A stretch of DNA of 64,000 nucleotides from a virus. Taxonomy: Duplodnaviria; Caudoviricetes. Positions 25,972 to 34,176 of this stretch are shown in pieces. The stretch's first letter is position 1. The number at the start of each line of letters is the position of its first letter. The stretch covers positions 1 through 64,000 of IMG/VR virus record IMGVR_UViG_2915650412_000004; one strand, 5' to 3'. Under the pieces are notes generated by a model. The model saw only the letters and a program-made list of their open reading frames with translations. It made no database searches and was not told the DNA's origin. Position numbers and translations under genes: made by a program.

Positions 25972-26478
25972 ATGCGTGACATCTGGTTCATTAGTGACAC
26001 CCACTTTGGGCATCAGAAAATCATCCCATACTGCCGACCGAAATTCTCCAGCCTCGAAGGGATGGAGCAAACCATCATCGACAACTGGAATGCTCACGTT
26101 AAGCCGCAGGACCTTGTTTATCACCTTGGTGATTTCGCATGGACGCCGAAAGATGCCAACCGTGTGCGGCCTAAGTTGAACGGTGCCATTCGATTGATCG
26201 TCGGCAACCACGATGACATTCCTGCACTGTGTTCCGCAGGGATGTTCCAGCGAGTGCAAATGTGGCGTCAGTTCGCGGAGATTGGCGTTACAGCTTCACA
26301 CGTGCCGATGAGGCAGGAGCAAATCAGGCACGGCGCAAAGAATGTTCATGGCCATGTCCACGGCAAGATTGATGGGCTGAACGATTTCCACTTTGATGTA
26401 TCTGTAGAAAGCACGGACTACAGGCCAGTTCACTACGACGTTATTGCTGCTTGGGCAGGCATCTCTCATGCCGCGTAA
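25972..26478 (+). CDS. Calcineurin-like metallophosphoesterase
   Basis: ISDTHFGH, LGDF, GNHD, SHVP, HGHVH. Confidence 0.88.
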   Translation: MRDIWFISDTHFGHQKIIPYCRPKFSSLEGMEQTIIDNWNAHVKPQDLVYHLGDFAWTPKDANRVRPKLNGAIRLIVGNHDDIPALCSAGMFQRVQMWRQFAEIGVTASHVPMRQEQIRHGAKNVHGHVHGKIDGLNDFHFDVSVESTDYRPVHYDVIAAWAGISHAA

Positions 26479-26983
26479 GCCACGCAGCCGCACACGCGCG
26501 CCTTCGTCTATGACCGCCACCACCACACAGATCACGCGCATCAACGGCGCCCGCGTCAAGATCACCACCAAGGCTGGTAAGGTGACGACCAAGCCAGCCC
26601 TGCCGCTCGAATGGGAATTGCAAGCAGCACAGGTTTCCGCATTGCGCCGACTGCCACAGTATCAACGTCAGTTCCTGCTGGCCGGTGACATGAACGCCAG
26701 CAAAAGAGGCCCACGGGCACAGGCCCAGGCAATCGCAACGGGAATGACCAGCGGCGAACCCGACCTCCGCATCTATGGCGAATACGGCCGACTACTACTG
26801 ATCGAGAACAAGGTTGGGCAGGGAAGGCTATCGCCGGCCCAGAAAGACCGCCATGCGGCCCTGGAGCGGCTTGGCTACACGGTTCTGGTCATTCGGGCCA
26901 CCACAACGACAGAAGCCGCTGAGAATGCCGTTACGGCGGTTCTGGGGTGGCTTGCAGAAACGGACGCCGCCAAGGCCGCCTAA
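26468..26983 (+). CDS. VRR-NUC domain nuclease
   Basis: GMTSGEPDL...IENKVGQGRLSPAQKDRH. Confidence 0.82.
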   Translation: MPRKPRSRTRAPSSMTATTTQITRINGARVKITTKAGKVTTKPALPLEWELQAAQVSALRRLPQYQRQFLLAGDMNASKRGPRAQAQAIATGMTSGEPDLRIYGEYGRLLLIENKVGQGRLSPAQKDRHAALERLGYTVLVIRATTTTEAAENAVTAVLGWLAETDAAKAA

Positions 26984-27012
26984 CCAACCAAACCAAAACA
27001 CGAGGATGACAT

Positions 27013-28113
27013 ATGAGAATTCAAAAAGCTGGTGATATTTACCTGAATGAAGTTGGCTCACCCGTTCGAACGTATCAGCGTTCCTTTGAGTATCGAGATA
27101 TTTCGGATGGCAAACTGAAAGCCGTTGATGATCTGATGCTGGAAATTGACGCACATCAGTTCGTCAACGAGATCAGTGCGCGTAGGATCGGATTTGTTGA
27201 TGGGCATTCCCGACAATACGACGCTTCCAACGATAATTCGCAGGAGTCGTTGAACGAGTATCACCCACGAATGAAGGGTGATCACGAATATCGAACCGAC
27301 ACCAGGTTTGAACGCGATGAAAACGGGAAGTATACGCTTTGTGCGGTGGTGCCGACAAAAGAAGATGAAAAGCCGAAAATTATCCGCACACCTGAAGATC
27401 GAGCATCTGGTCGGGATTTCTTTACAACCAAGACAGCCAAAGCAGAGCGGTTGCGTTCCCGAATGCGAAAGAAAATCGAAAAACGCCAATCCATTGGTGA
27501 TCCGAACTGCGTTCAATCGCGCGATGAGGACTTCCCGCTCCTTGCGGTTCTGCGCAGGGATAAGCGTGCCGATCTGATTGCAGCAGTTTTACAGTATCGT
27601 CAGTTGGTGGCGTTGTGCGAATCCGAGCCTCTGAAGGGCCAGAGCTATGGCGGGGCTGATGGCTCGGCTACGGTGTTTTATTCAAACTTTGAAGATGGGG
27701 AACTGGTTCACTCATCGAAGGCGCGGCGGTCTAAATCCGCTTACGATATTCCTGCGGTTCGTATTCGAGCGTCAATTATCAACGATCGAGGGGAGCAGGT
27801 GTCAGGTCGAACAGAGAGTATGCACGTCAAGTTAAACGAGGATACGCTTGCTGACTATATCGACAAAAAGCCCGTTCTGGCGCGTATCAGGTCAGCTTTG
27901 GGCGCATTGCTAGACCCGGTTGAAGACGCCGTTCTCGGTGGGCAGACGTTGGGTGCTATTGGTGAGCTAGATGGGCACTCTGGTCGAGTCGCCGAGATTT
28001 CAGGAAAGGCCCTTGTTTATCGCGGACTTACTGTTCTGGAGGGGTTTATGGGGAACATGAATTTGCTGCCTGCAAATAATAACCATTTGACGAATAACAA
28101 GAAAATAGCCTGA
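27013..28113 (+). CDS. Hypothetical protein at the late-activator position
   Basis: Last gene of the replication operon; C-terminal helix-turn-helix-like segment (VLGGQTLGAIG...GKALVYRGL); function inferred from position only. Confidence 0.6.
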   Translation: MRIQKAGDIYLNEVGSPVRTYQRSFEYRDISDGKLKAVDDLMLEIDAHQFVNEISARRIGFVDGHSRQYDASNDNSQESLNEYHPRMKGDHEYRTDTRFERDENGKYTLCAVVPTKEDEKPKIIRTPEDRASGRDFFTTKTAKAERLRSRMRKKIEKRQSIGDPNCVQSRDEDFPLLAVLRRDKRADLIAAVLQYRQLVALCESEPLKGQSYGGADGSATVFYSNFEDGELVHSSKARRSKSAYDIPAVRIRASIINDRGEQVSGRTESMHVKLNEDTLADYIDKKPVLARIRSALGALLDPVEDAVLGGQTLGAIGELDGHSGRVAEISGKALVYRGLTVLEGFMGNMNLLPANNNHLTNNKKIA

Positions 28114-28166
28114 CCGTCGGTAACACGCACTCAAGTCACCTATGGGTGAGAAGACATCAAAAGATT

Positions 28167-28189
28167 GGCCCGCCGTGTGCGGGCCTTTT
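28167..28189 (+). terminator. Rho-independent terminator-like hairpin
   Basis: GGCCCGC-cgtgt-GCGGGCC-TTTT. Confidence 0.6.
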
Positions 28190-28309
28190 CGTTGGGCGTT
28201 CTATGCCCCCCGGTCCTCGACCGGGTAACTATTCCAGCGCCGTTTCTCCTCCGGCTGCTGGTTCGGCGGGTTGAGCCTATTGCGGTAGGCTCCCCGCCAC
28301 CCGAAATCA

Positions 28310-28386
28310 TGCGGAGTGGAGAAGTGGTCATCTCGTCTGGCTCATAACCAGAAGATCGTGGGTTCGAATCCCACCTGCCGCAACCA
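28310..28386 (+). tRNA. tRNA-Met(CAT), initiator-derived, with an extra G in the acceptor stem
   Basis: Cloverleaf: D stem GAGA/TCTC, anticodon stem TCTGG/CCAGA with loop CTCATAA, T arm GTGGG-TTCGAAT-CCCAC, encoded CCA; bulged G28377. Confidence 0.8.
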
Positions 28387-28510
28387 ATCGACCTGTTCCA
28401 GGGCTTGGCCCGCGAGATCGCCTTTGCGGTCGCAGGTCATAACAATCAACAAAACCTGACACGCCTCTGCTCGCAAGCGCACCCGTCGGGTTACTTACGT
28501 GAGGCTCGCA

Positions 28511-28702
28511 ATGTTTGGATTGCTTGGTAACGTCGCTCAGATATCGGTCGACACGGTAATGCTTCCAGTCACTGTTACGCTGGATGTCGCTACGCTTGGT
28601 GGCGAGCTGACTGAACGGGATGAGCCCTACACCGTCACTCGCGTCAAGAGCATCGGCAAGAACTTGGAAGGTGTACTCACCCCCAATCTAGATGTCCGCT
28701 GA
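28511..28702 (+). CDS. Phage hypothetical protein
   Basis: MFGLLGNVAQ..., overlaps the HNH start. Confidence 0.55.
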   Translation: MFGLLGNVAQISVDTVMLPVTVTLDVATLGGELTERDEPYTVTRVKSIGKNLEGVLTPNLDVR

Positions 28703-28982
28703 CCAGCGCCGATGGAAGGGCTGGTACAAACTGGCCCGATGGGAGCGCAGACGGCAAGAGCTATTCGCAAAGCAGCCGCTGTGCGTCAAATGCCTTGAGC
28801 GTGAAGAGGTGACGGTCGCCGACACGGCTGACCACGTGGTTCCTCATCGTGGAGACCCAGACCTATTCTGGCATGGCGAGCTTCAACCCCTATGCGCCTC
28901 ATGTCACAGCCGCCTGAAACAGCGCGAAGAGCTTGGACAGACGGTGGTGACATTCGATGTGTCAGGATGGCCGGTCAACTGA
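28692..28982 (+). CDS. Terminase-associated HNH endonuclease (helper)
   Basis: CVKC...ADHVVPHRGD...LQPLCASCHS; directly upstream of terS. Confidence 0.88.
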   Translation: MSADQRRWKGWYKLARWERRRQELFAKQPLCVKCLEREEVTVADTADHVVPHRGDPDLFWHGELQPLCASCHSRLKQREELGQTVVTFDVSGWPVN

Positions 28983-29065
28983 CCACCCGGGGGCATCGAA
29001 AAGTCCAGAGACGCGGCAGCCCCGGACCGGCGGGGACCGACAGCGCACGCATCTGCAATTCAAAA
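28980..29065 (+). promoter_or_regulatory. Putative helper cos/packaging region
   Basis: Non-coding gap between HNH and terS; shares TGACCACCC, GGGGCA(A)TCGAA and GGACC-ACA-CGCA blocks with 36439-36540. Confidence 0.55.
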
Positions 29066-29090
29066 CATGACCCCATAAGGATTTCATTCC

Positions 29091-29477
29091 ATGGCAAAGC
29101 CGAGAAATCCCCTCGGCAAAGCAAAGGTCGAGGGTCGCGACAAAATCAATGCCGGTCGGTACAAAAACCGCGCCGAACCGGCCGCAAACGGCCCTCTTGG
29201 GGCTCCTCCCGTTTGGTTGAAGGACAGCGCTGAGATCAAAGCGAAGTCAGCCTGGAAGCTTTTCGCCAAAGAGCTGCCGTGGCTGAATGAATCGCATCGA
29301 ACACTGGTCGGAATGGCCTCGACTATTCAGGGACGCATCATGGCCGGGCAGGAGGTAGGCGTGCAGGCGATGAATTTGCTTCGCCAGATGCTTGGCCAGA
29401 TGGGCGCTACGCCTGCCGATGCCTCCAAGGTGGCGACACCTGACGAGGGCGAGGAAAAGGATGATTTGCTTGACTGA
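29091..29477 (+). CDS. terS: Terminase small subunit (helper)
   Basis: Position between HNH and terL; basic N-terminus; LGATPA-like QMGATPADASKV motif. Confidence 0.8.
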   Translation: MAKPRNPLGKAKVEGRDKINAGRYKNRAEPAANGPLGAPPVWLKDSAEIKAKSAWKLFAKELPWLNESHRTLVGMASTIQGRIMAGQEVGVQAMNLLRQMLGQMGATPADASKVATPDEGEEKDDLLD

Positions 29478-31332
29478 TATGCCTGCGCTTGAGCGTGTGA
29501 GCGCTTATGCGCAAGCCGTCATTGATGGCAGAGAAGTTGCCGGCCCTCACGTTCGTAATGCCTGCCGCCGCCATTTCGACGATCTCGAACACGGTCACGA
29601 GCGCGGCCTGTATTGGGATGACGACGCAGCCGACCGCGTGTTTCGGTTCTTTGAAGGGCGTCTCAAGCTTTCTGAAGGTCAGTTTGAAGGCAAGCCATTC
29701 AAGCTGCACGCCTCACAGGCTTTCAAGCTGGGTTCTCTCTTTGGCTGGAAACGTGCCGACGGTTCGCGCCGTTTTAGGCGCGCCTACATCGAGGAGGGCA
29801 AGGGTAATGGCAAGTCTCCGTTTGCTGGCGGTGTCGGTCTGTACGGGCTGATCGCGGACAAGGAAGCTGGCGCGCAGATTTATGCCGCCGCTGCCAAGAA
29901 AGAACAGGCTGGGATTCTGTTTCAGGACGCCGTGAAAATGGTTCGCGCGGCTCCGGCGCTGGTCGAACGACTGAAGTTCAGCGGCGGTATCGGGCGCGAG
30001 TTCAATATCGCGCATCACAAGTCGCAATCGTTTTTTCGCCCGATCTCGAAGGATTCCGGCAAGTCTGGCTCTGGTCCGCGACCGCATTTTGCGCTCTGCG
30101 ACGAGGTGCACGAGCATCCCGACCGCTCGACGATGGAAATGCTTGAGCGCGGCTTTAAGTTTCGTCGTCAGCCGCTGCTGCTGATGATTACGAACTCGGG
30201 CAGCGACAGAAACAGCATTTGCTGGGAAGAACACGAGCATGCCGTCAAGGTAGCTGCTGGTACGCAAACGCCAGATGACGATTTTACCTATGTCGGCGAG
30301 GTGATCGACGACACGACATTTTCCTATGTCTGCGCGCTGGACAAGGGCGACCATCCGCTCAAGGACGAAACCTGCTGGAAGAAGGCTAACCCGCTTCTGG
30401 GCGTTATCTTGACGCAGGAATATCTGGCCGGCGTTGTTGCTCAGGCAAAGCAGATGCCGGGCAAGCTGAACGGCATTCTTCGGCTGCACTTCTGCTGCTG
30501 GACCGATGCCGACAAGGCATGGATGCCGCGCGAGACCGTCGAAAGCGTAATGGACGATTTCGATCCTGAAGTCGAACACGCTGACAAACCCGTTTTCATG
30601 GGCGTCGACCTGTCCGGTAGCAAGGATATGACTGTGCTCGCGTGCGTTGTTCCTACTGGCTTCAAGGAAATGGAGCGGGAAGACGGATCTACCGTCAATC
30701 TGCCGACGTTTGATGCGTGGGTGGAGGCTTGGACGCCAGCTGATACGCTGGAAGCGCGAGAACAGGCTGACAAGGCGCCATATGCGCTTTGGGTAAAACA
30801 GGGGTGGTTGAATGCTCCGCCCGGCAAGCGAATTAGATATGATTTCGTGGCATCGCGGGTCCAGCAACTCGATCAGGCGTTCGATATCAAGGCCATCGCC
30901 TATGACCGCTATGCCTACGACAAGTTCCGCGAGGAAGTCGAAGCGCTCGGGTTGGACATTGAACATGTCGCGCACCCACAGGGCGGCAAGGTTCGGGCTC
31001 GGCCTGAGCCTGCGAAGGTAGAGGCTGCAAAAGCCGCTGGCTTACCGCCGCCGCAAGGCTTGTGGATGCCGGGCTCGGTTCTGGCGCTCGAAGACATGAT
31101 CATCGACGGTCGCATTCGCATGCGCCGCAGTCCGGTGCTTATGACCGCCCTGATGGGTGCCACCTTCGATCATGACCCGCAAGATAACCGGTGGTTCGTG
31201 AAGACGAAGGCGTCAGTGCGCATCGACGCTGCTGTCGCTTTGGCAATGGCGGTTGGTGTGGCGATGGATACACCGATCGAGCCAGCCGACATCGACGACT
31301 TCGTCAACAACATGATCACTATAATTTACTAA
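29461..31332 (+). CDS. terL: Terminase large subunit; last codons supplied by satellite attL
   Basis: EEGKGNGKS Walker A, LCDEVHEH Walker B, GVDLS RNase-H motif, RIDAAVA; start 29461 or 29479. Confidence 0.95.
   Translation: MICLTDMPALERVSAYAQAVIDGREVAGPHVRNACRRHFDDLEHGHERGLYWDDDAADRVFRFFEGRLKLSEGQFEGKPFKLHASQAFKLGSLFGWKRADGSRRFRRAYIEEGKGNGKSPFAGGVGLYGLIADKEAGAQIYAAAAKKEQAGILFQDAVKMVRAAPALVERLKFSGGIGREFNIAHHKSQSFFRPISKDSGKSGSGPRPHFALCDEVHEHPDRSTMEMLERGFKFRRQPLLLMITNSGSDRNSICWEEHEHAVKVAAGTQTPDDDFTYVGEVIDDTTFSYVCALDKGDHPLKDETCWKKANPLLGVILTQEYLAGVVAQAKQMPGKLNGILRLHFCCWTDADKAWMPRETVESVMDDFDPEVEHADKPVFMGVDLSGSKDMTVLACVVPTGFKEMEREDGSTVNLPTFDAWVEAWTPADTLEAREQADKAPYALWVKQGWLNAPPGKRIRYDFVASRVQQLDQAFDIKAIAYDRYAYDKFREEVEALGLDIEHVAHPQGGKVRARPEPAKVEAAKAAGLPPPQGLWMPGSVLALEDMIIDGRIRMRRSPVLMTALMGATFDHDPQDNRWFVKTKASVRIDAAVALAMAVGVAMDTPIEPADIDDFVNNMITIIY
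31304..31324 (+). repeat. attL core TCAACAACATGATCACTATAA
   Basis: Matches 47334-47354 at 20/21 positions; lies in the terL codons for VNNMITI. Confidence 0.92.
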
Positions 31333-31419
31333 GCTTAAAACTAGTAAGAAAATCAAATAGATAGGCCCTTGGGTGGGCCTATTTATAGCTAAAAGCCGCC
31401 GCTATGTATTCATTCGTAA

Positions 31420-31482
31420 AATCAATGGTTTAGCGTGAATTATCGAGAATTGACGGCTTCTCGATGCGACATTGATGCGACA
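31420..31482 (+). promoter_or_regulatory. Putative IHF site and integrase arm-type repeats (left)
   Basis: AATCAAtggtTTA (WATCAAN4TTR) at 31420-31432; GCGACA at 31466 and 31477 (11-bp period), mirrored at 47286 and 47297. Confidence 0.6.
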
Positions 31483-31495
31483 AGAAAGGAAGCAC

Positions 31496-31702
31496 ATGGA
31501 ACAGGAAAAAGAAGGGGCCGACCTGCTCTATGGCGTCCCTGCAATTGCAACGTTCCTCCGTATGAGTGAGCCCGCAGTTTATCATTTATCCCGTCGTGCT
31601 GATTGGCCCGGATTCAAGATCGGCGGCAAGGTCTGCGCTCGCCGCTCAGCAATTGACCAGTGGATTTCCGACATGGAAGCAAAGGCGAGGTCAACACAAT
31701 GA
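31496..31702 (+). CDS. AlpA/excisionase-like HTH protein
   Basis: ADLLYGVPAIATFL...GFKIGGKVCARRSAIDQW. Confidence 0.8.
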   Translation: MEQEKEGADLLYGVPAIATFLRMSEPAVYHLSRRADWPGFKIGGKVCARRSAIDQWISDMEAKARSTQ

Positions 31703-31794
31703 GCGTGGCGTTTCTGCTCGGCTACATGCTGATCTTCGGCGGTGCCATTGTTGGGCCGCGTCTGATGACGCAGGCAGGAAGCGCCGGGAAGTGA
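31699..31794 (+). CDS. Possible 31-aa membrane peptide
   Basis: MSVAFLLGYMLIFGGAIVGP..., ATGA-coupled. Confidence 0.4.
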   Translation: MSVAFLLGYMLIFGGAIVGPRLMTQAGSAGK

Positions 31795-31795
31795 A

Positions 31796-32986
31796 ATGAA
31801 GCGCAAGCACGACATACCGGCATGGCGGCAGCAACAATTGGTCAGGCTGGCCTTACGCCATTCTGAGACAACTAAGGCTGACTGCGCCGTCCTTGCGGAG
31901 ATCGTGCAGCGATACCATGGCGAGTACGGCAACGGCTGGGCCAGCTTCGATATGCTCATTGAAGAGACTGGCCTGCATAAGACCACAATCATCAAGGCAA
32001 AACGCAAGCTTGAACGGCTCGGCTTTGTTTCCGTCCTGTCACCGGGACGCAGGGGCCGCTCAACGGTCTACTTGCCGAATTTTGATTTAGTTCCCGAAAA
32101 AGGTAGTGCACAGACTACCGAAACAAAGGGTAGCGTAGACGCTACCGTAATTGATGGTTTGGGTAGTCAGGACGCTACCGAATATGGCGCTTTAGGTAGC
32201 GTGGACGCTACCACCTCCTACTTACAGTTACCGGTTTACAAAACCGGTATACTGGAAAGTAATATTGACCCTGCTGCGCCGCCCATGGCTGGCCTTACGG
32301 CCGCCAGTGCAGGCGCGCATGGGGAAGGGAAATTCGACCAGCTATATAAAGCGTATGGCCACAGGCGGGGCAGGGCGGATGCTCGCAAGGCATATGAAGC
32401 CCTTGCACTGACCGACGAGGCACATGCCGACATATTGGCCGCCGCTGAGGCATGGCGTCAGGCATGGGCGAGGCAGGGTAATCCTGATGCGCCACGCTTC
32501 ACGCTCGCGAAGTGGCTGGAGCGCGAATGCTACCACGAAGACCCGCCGACCGGCTTTAAGTCCAAAGAGCCGAAGAAACCGAAATCGGAAAGTTTGCCTA
32601 CCCGGAATGCGGCGACGGTAAGCCAGTCCGAAACGCCAGCGCCTGGTGAAGAATATGGCGCTATCGATGTTTGCGCGTTCACTCCTACCGGCACCTTCGA
32701 GGCCGAGATAATCGGCAGCGATGTCATTGCTACCGGGAACGAAGTCGTGTTGCGGCTGAATCTTCAACTGTCTGACGGGAAAGGAACACCTCTCGGTGAG
32801 ACAGCCCATGAATTTTTCGTGCAGGCGAATGAGAAATCCAAACAAGATCGCGGGCAGGCATTCCTTACACAAGTCGCAGAGGCAGTCGGCTTGAGGGCTC
32901 TTGAAGATTCGAGCGATTTTCACGGCAAGCGGTGCCGGGTCACGATCAATAACCGGCGAGAAATCACCTACCACAACACGAGGTAA
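31796..32986 (+). CDS. Satellite replication initiator: N-terminal winged HTH, C-terminal DUF669-like domain
   Basis: WASFDMLIEETGLHKTTIIKAKRKLERLGFV HTH; internal iterons; C-terminus aligns by eye with 11715-12266. Confidence 0.75.
   Translation: MKRKHDIPAWRQQQLVRLALRHSETTKADCAVLAEIVQRYHGEYGNGWASFDMLIEETGLHKTTIIKAKRKLERLGFVSVLSPGRRGRSTVYLPNFDLVPEKGSAQTTETKGSVDATVIDGLGSQDATEYGALGSVDATTSYLQLPVYKTGILESNIDPAAPPMAGLTAASAGAHGEGKFDQLYKAYGHRRGRADARKAYEALALTDEAHADILAAAEAWRQAWARQGNPDAPRFTLAKWLERECYHEDPPTGFKSKEPKKPKSESLPTRNAATVSQSETPAPGEEYGAIDVCAFTPTGTFEAEIIGSDVIATGNEVVLRLNLQLSDGKGTPLGETAHEFFVQANEKSKQDRGQAFLTQVAEAVGLRALEDSSDFHGKRCRVTINNRREITYHNTR
32102..32212. repeat. Four 18-bp palindromic iterons GGTAG-N8-CTACC (satellite origin)
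   Basis: 32102-32119, 32129-32146, 32162-32179, 32195-32212 inside rep, followed by an AT-richer tract. Confidence 0.85.
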
Positions 32987-32988
32987 AT

Positions 32989-33240
32989 ATGGCGAATGAC
33001 TTTTATGACGATGCAGTAGACGAACCAGAAGCCGCGGCACCGGTCCAGCATTTCACCTGCATGATCCAGATCGAGCCGTTTGACGCTGAAACCGAAGACG
33101 ATGAAAAGCTGCGCGTTGTCGGCATTGTGCAAGGCACAGACGATGAAACTTTTGATTTCATCGCGATCAAAACCCTCGAAAATGGCGAGATGTACCCGAC
33201 CCGTGAAGCCACGGTTTGGTCTGTTTCCCAAAAATCCTAA
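32989..33240 (+). CDS. Small acidic hypothetical protein
   Basis: 83 aa, ACACGAGG leader. Confidence 0.65.
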   Translation: MANDFYDDAVDEPEAAAPVQHFTCMIQIEPFDAETEDDEKLRVVGIVQGTDDETFDFIAIKTLENGEMYPTREATVWSVSQKS

Positions 33241-33296
33241 TCACAGATCGTCGTAGCGCCTGCTGTGGTGGCGGGCACCTATTTGCTGCGACAGAT

Positions 33297-33335
33297 CCCC
33301 CGCCCGGTCTCTCCTCCTCGTGTGCCGGGCGGGGG
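33297..33335 (+). ncRNA. Perfect 11-bp hairpin with CU-rich loop TCTCTCCTCCTCGTGTG, 5' of tRNA-Gln
   Basis: CCCCCGCCCGG/CCGGGCGGGGG stem. Confidence 0.6.
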
Positions 33336-33342
33336 CGGTTTC

Positions 33343-33416
33343 TCGGCCTTCGCCTAACGGTAGGGCAGCGCACTTTGAATGCGCCGGTACTGGTTCGATC
33401 CCAGTAGGCCGATCCA
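33343..33416 (+). tRNA. tRNA-Gln(TTG)
   Basis: Acceptor TCGGCCT/AGGCCGA, anticodon stem GCGCA/TGCGC with TTG at 33375-33377, T arm ACTGG-TTCGATC-CCAGT, encoded CCA. Confidence 0.9.
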
Positions 33417-33660
33417 TTTTTTCAAATACGGAGGCTATCGCCCATGACGGAATCCGATCATGCCGAAAACAGCGAATCCGCATTCGACGGCGCTCATCGT
33501 GGTCGGCGCATAAGTTGGGCCGAGTTATACCGGCAACGCCCGGACTTGAAGTCAAATTCTGAAAATCGAAAAGCCGCCGACGAGGCAGCTTAACGACCAA
33601 AAGCGCACCGCGCTTATTTCACCCACCAATTCCCAATTCTGCAAAATAGGAGGCGTCCCG

Positions 33661-34176
33661 ATGCGCAAATCGGCCGTCATTGAAATCCTTGCGCGCCGGC
33701 TCCGCATAGCGCCCGGACGCATTCAAGCAATCGCGGATCGCTTGGCCTCCGCTGGCCTGATTTCGAACGCCGAGGGCAGTAGGCGATATCCTCCTGACCT
33801 GTCCGAACCTGAAATCGTCACGCTGGTTATCGCGGTCATCGCCGATAGTGGCCTTGGCAACGTGAAAGCGACAGTTGACACGTTCTCGTCCTTGGCCAGC
33901 GAAGGGATTGCCTTCGGACACGTTCTTCAACGTGTGCTGTTCGGCCGCCCGGTGGATATCGCACACGTCATCGTCCGTCATGACCCGGCAGGAGTGTCGG
34001 CGGTGATCGACGGCAATCATGCCGTCTATGGCGCTGAAGCACCTGAAAAAGCCGCAACGACGGCGCGCATCATTCCGGGCGATGCACTGATTGCCATCGC
34101 CGCAGAACTGCAAGGCCAGCACCCCCAGCAGGCGGATGCCTTGGTCGAACTTATCAAAATTCGGAGATCGCTATGA
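33661..34176 (+). CDS. Satellite hypothetical protein (possible HTH N-terminus)
   Basis: 171 aa, GGAGG RBS. Confidence 0.7.
   Translation: MRKSAVIEILARRLRIAPGRIQAIADRLASAGLISNAEGSRRYPPDLSEPEIVTLVIAVIADSGLGNVKATVDTFSSLASEGIAFGHVLQRVLFGRPVDIAHVIVRHDPAGVSAVIDGNHAVYGAEAPEKAATTARIIPGDALIAIAAELQGQHPQQADALVELIKIRRSL

Noticed and set aside
8679-26983. C-terminal -AA alone as evidence of ClpX degrons
   Set aside because: Endings such as EAA/GAA arise from an RBS plus GC-ATGA coupling (GGAGGCGGCATGA); only cases with the ANDN motif were counted
33343-33416. tRNA-Gln as the satellite attachment site
   Set aside because: It is internal, not duplicated, and the real att repeats lie in terL
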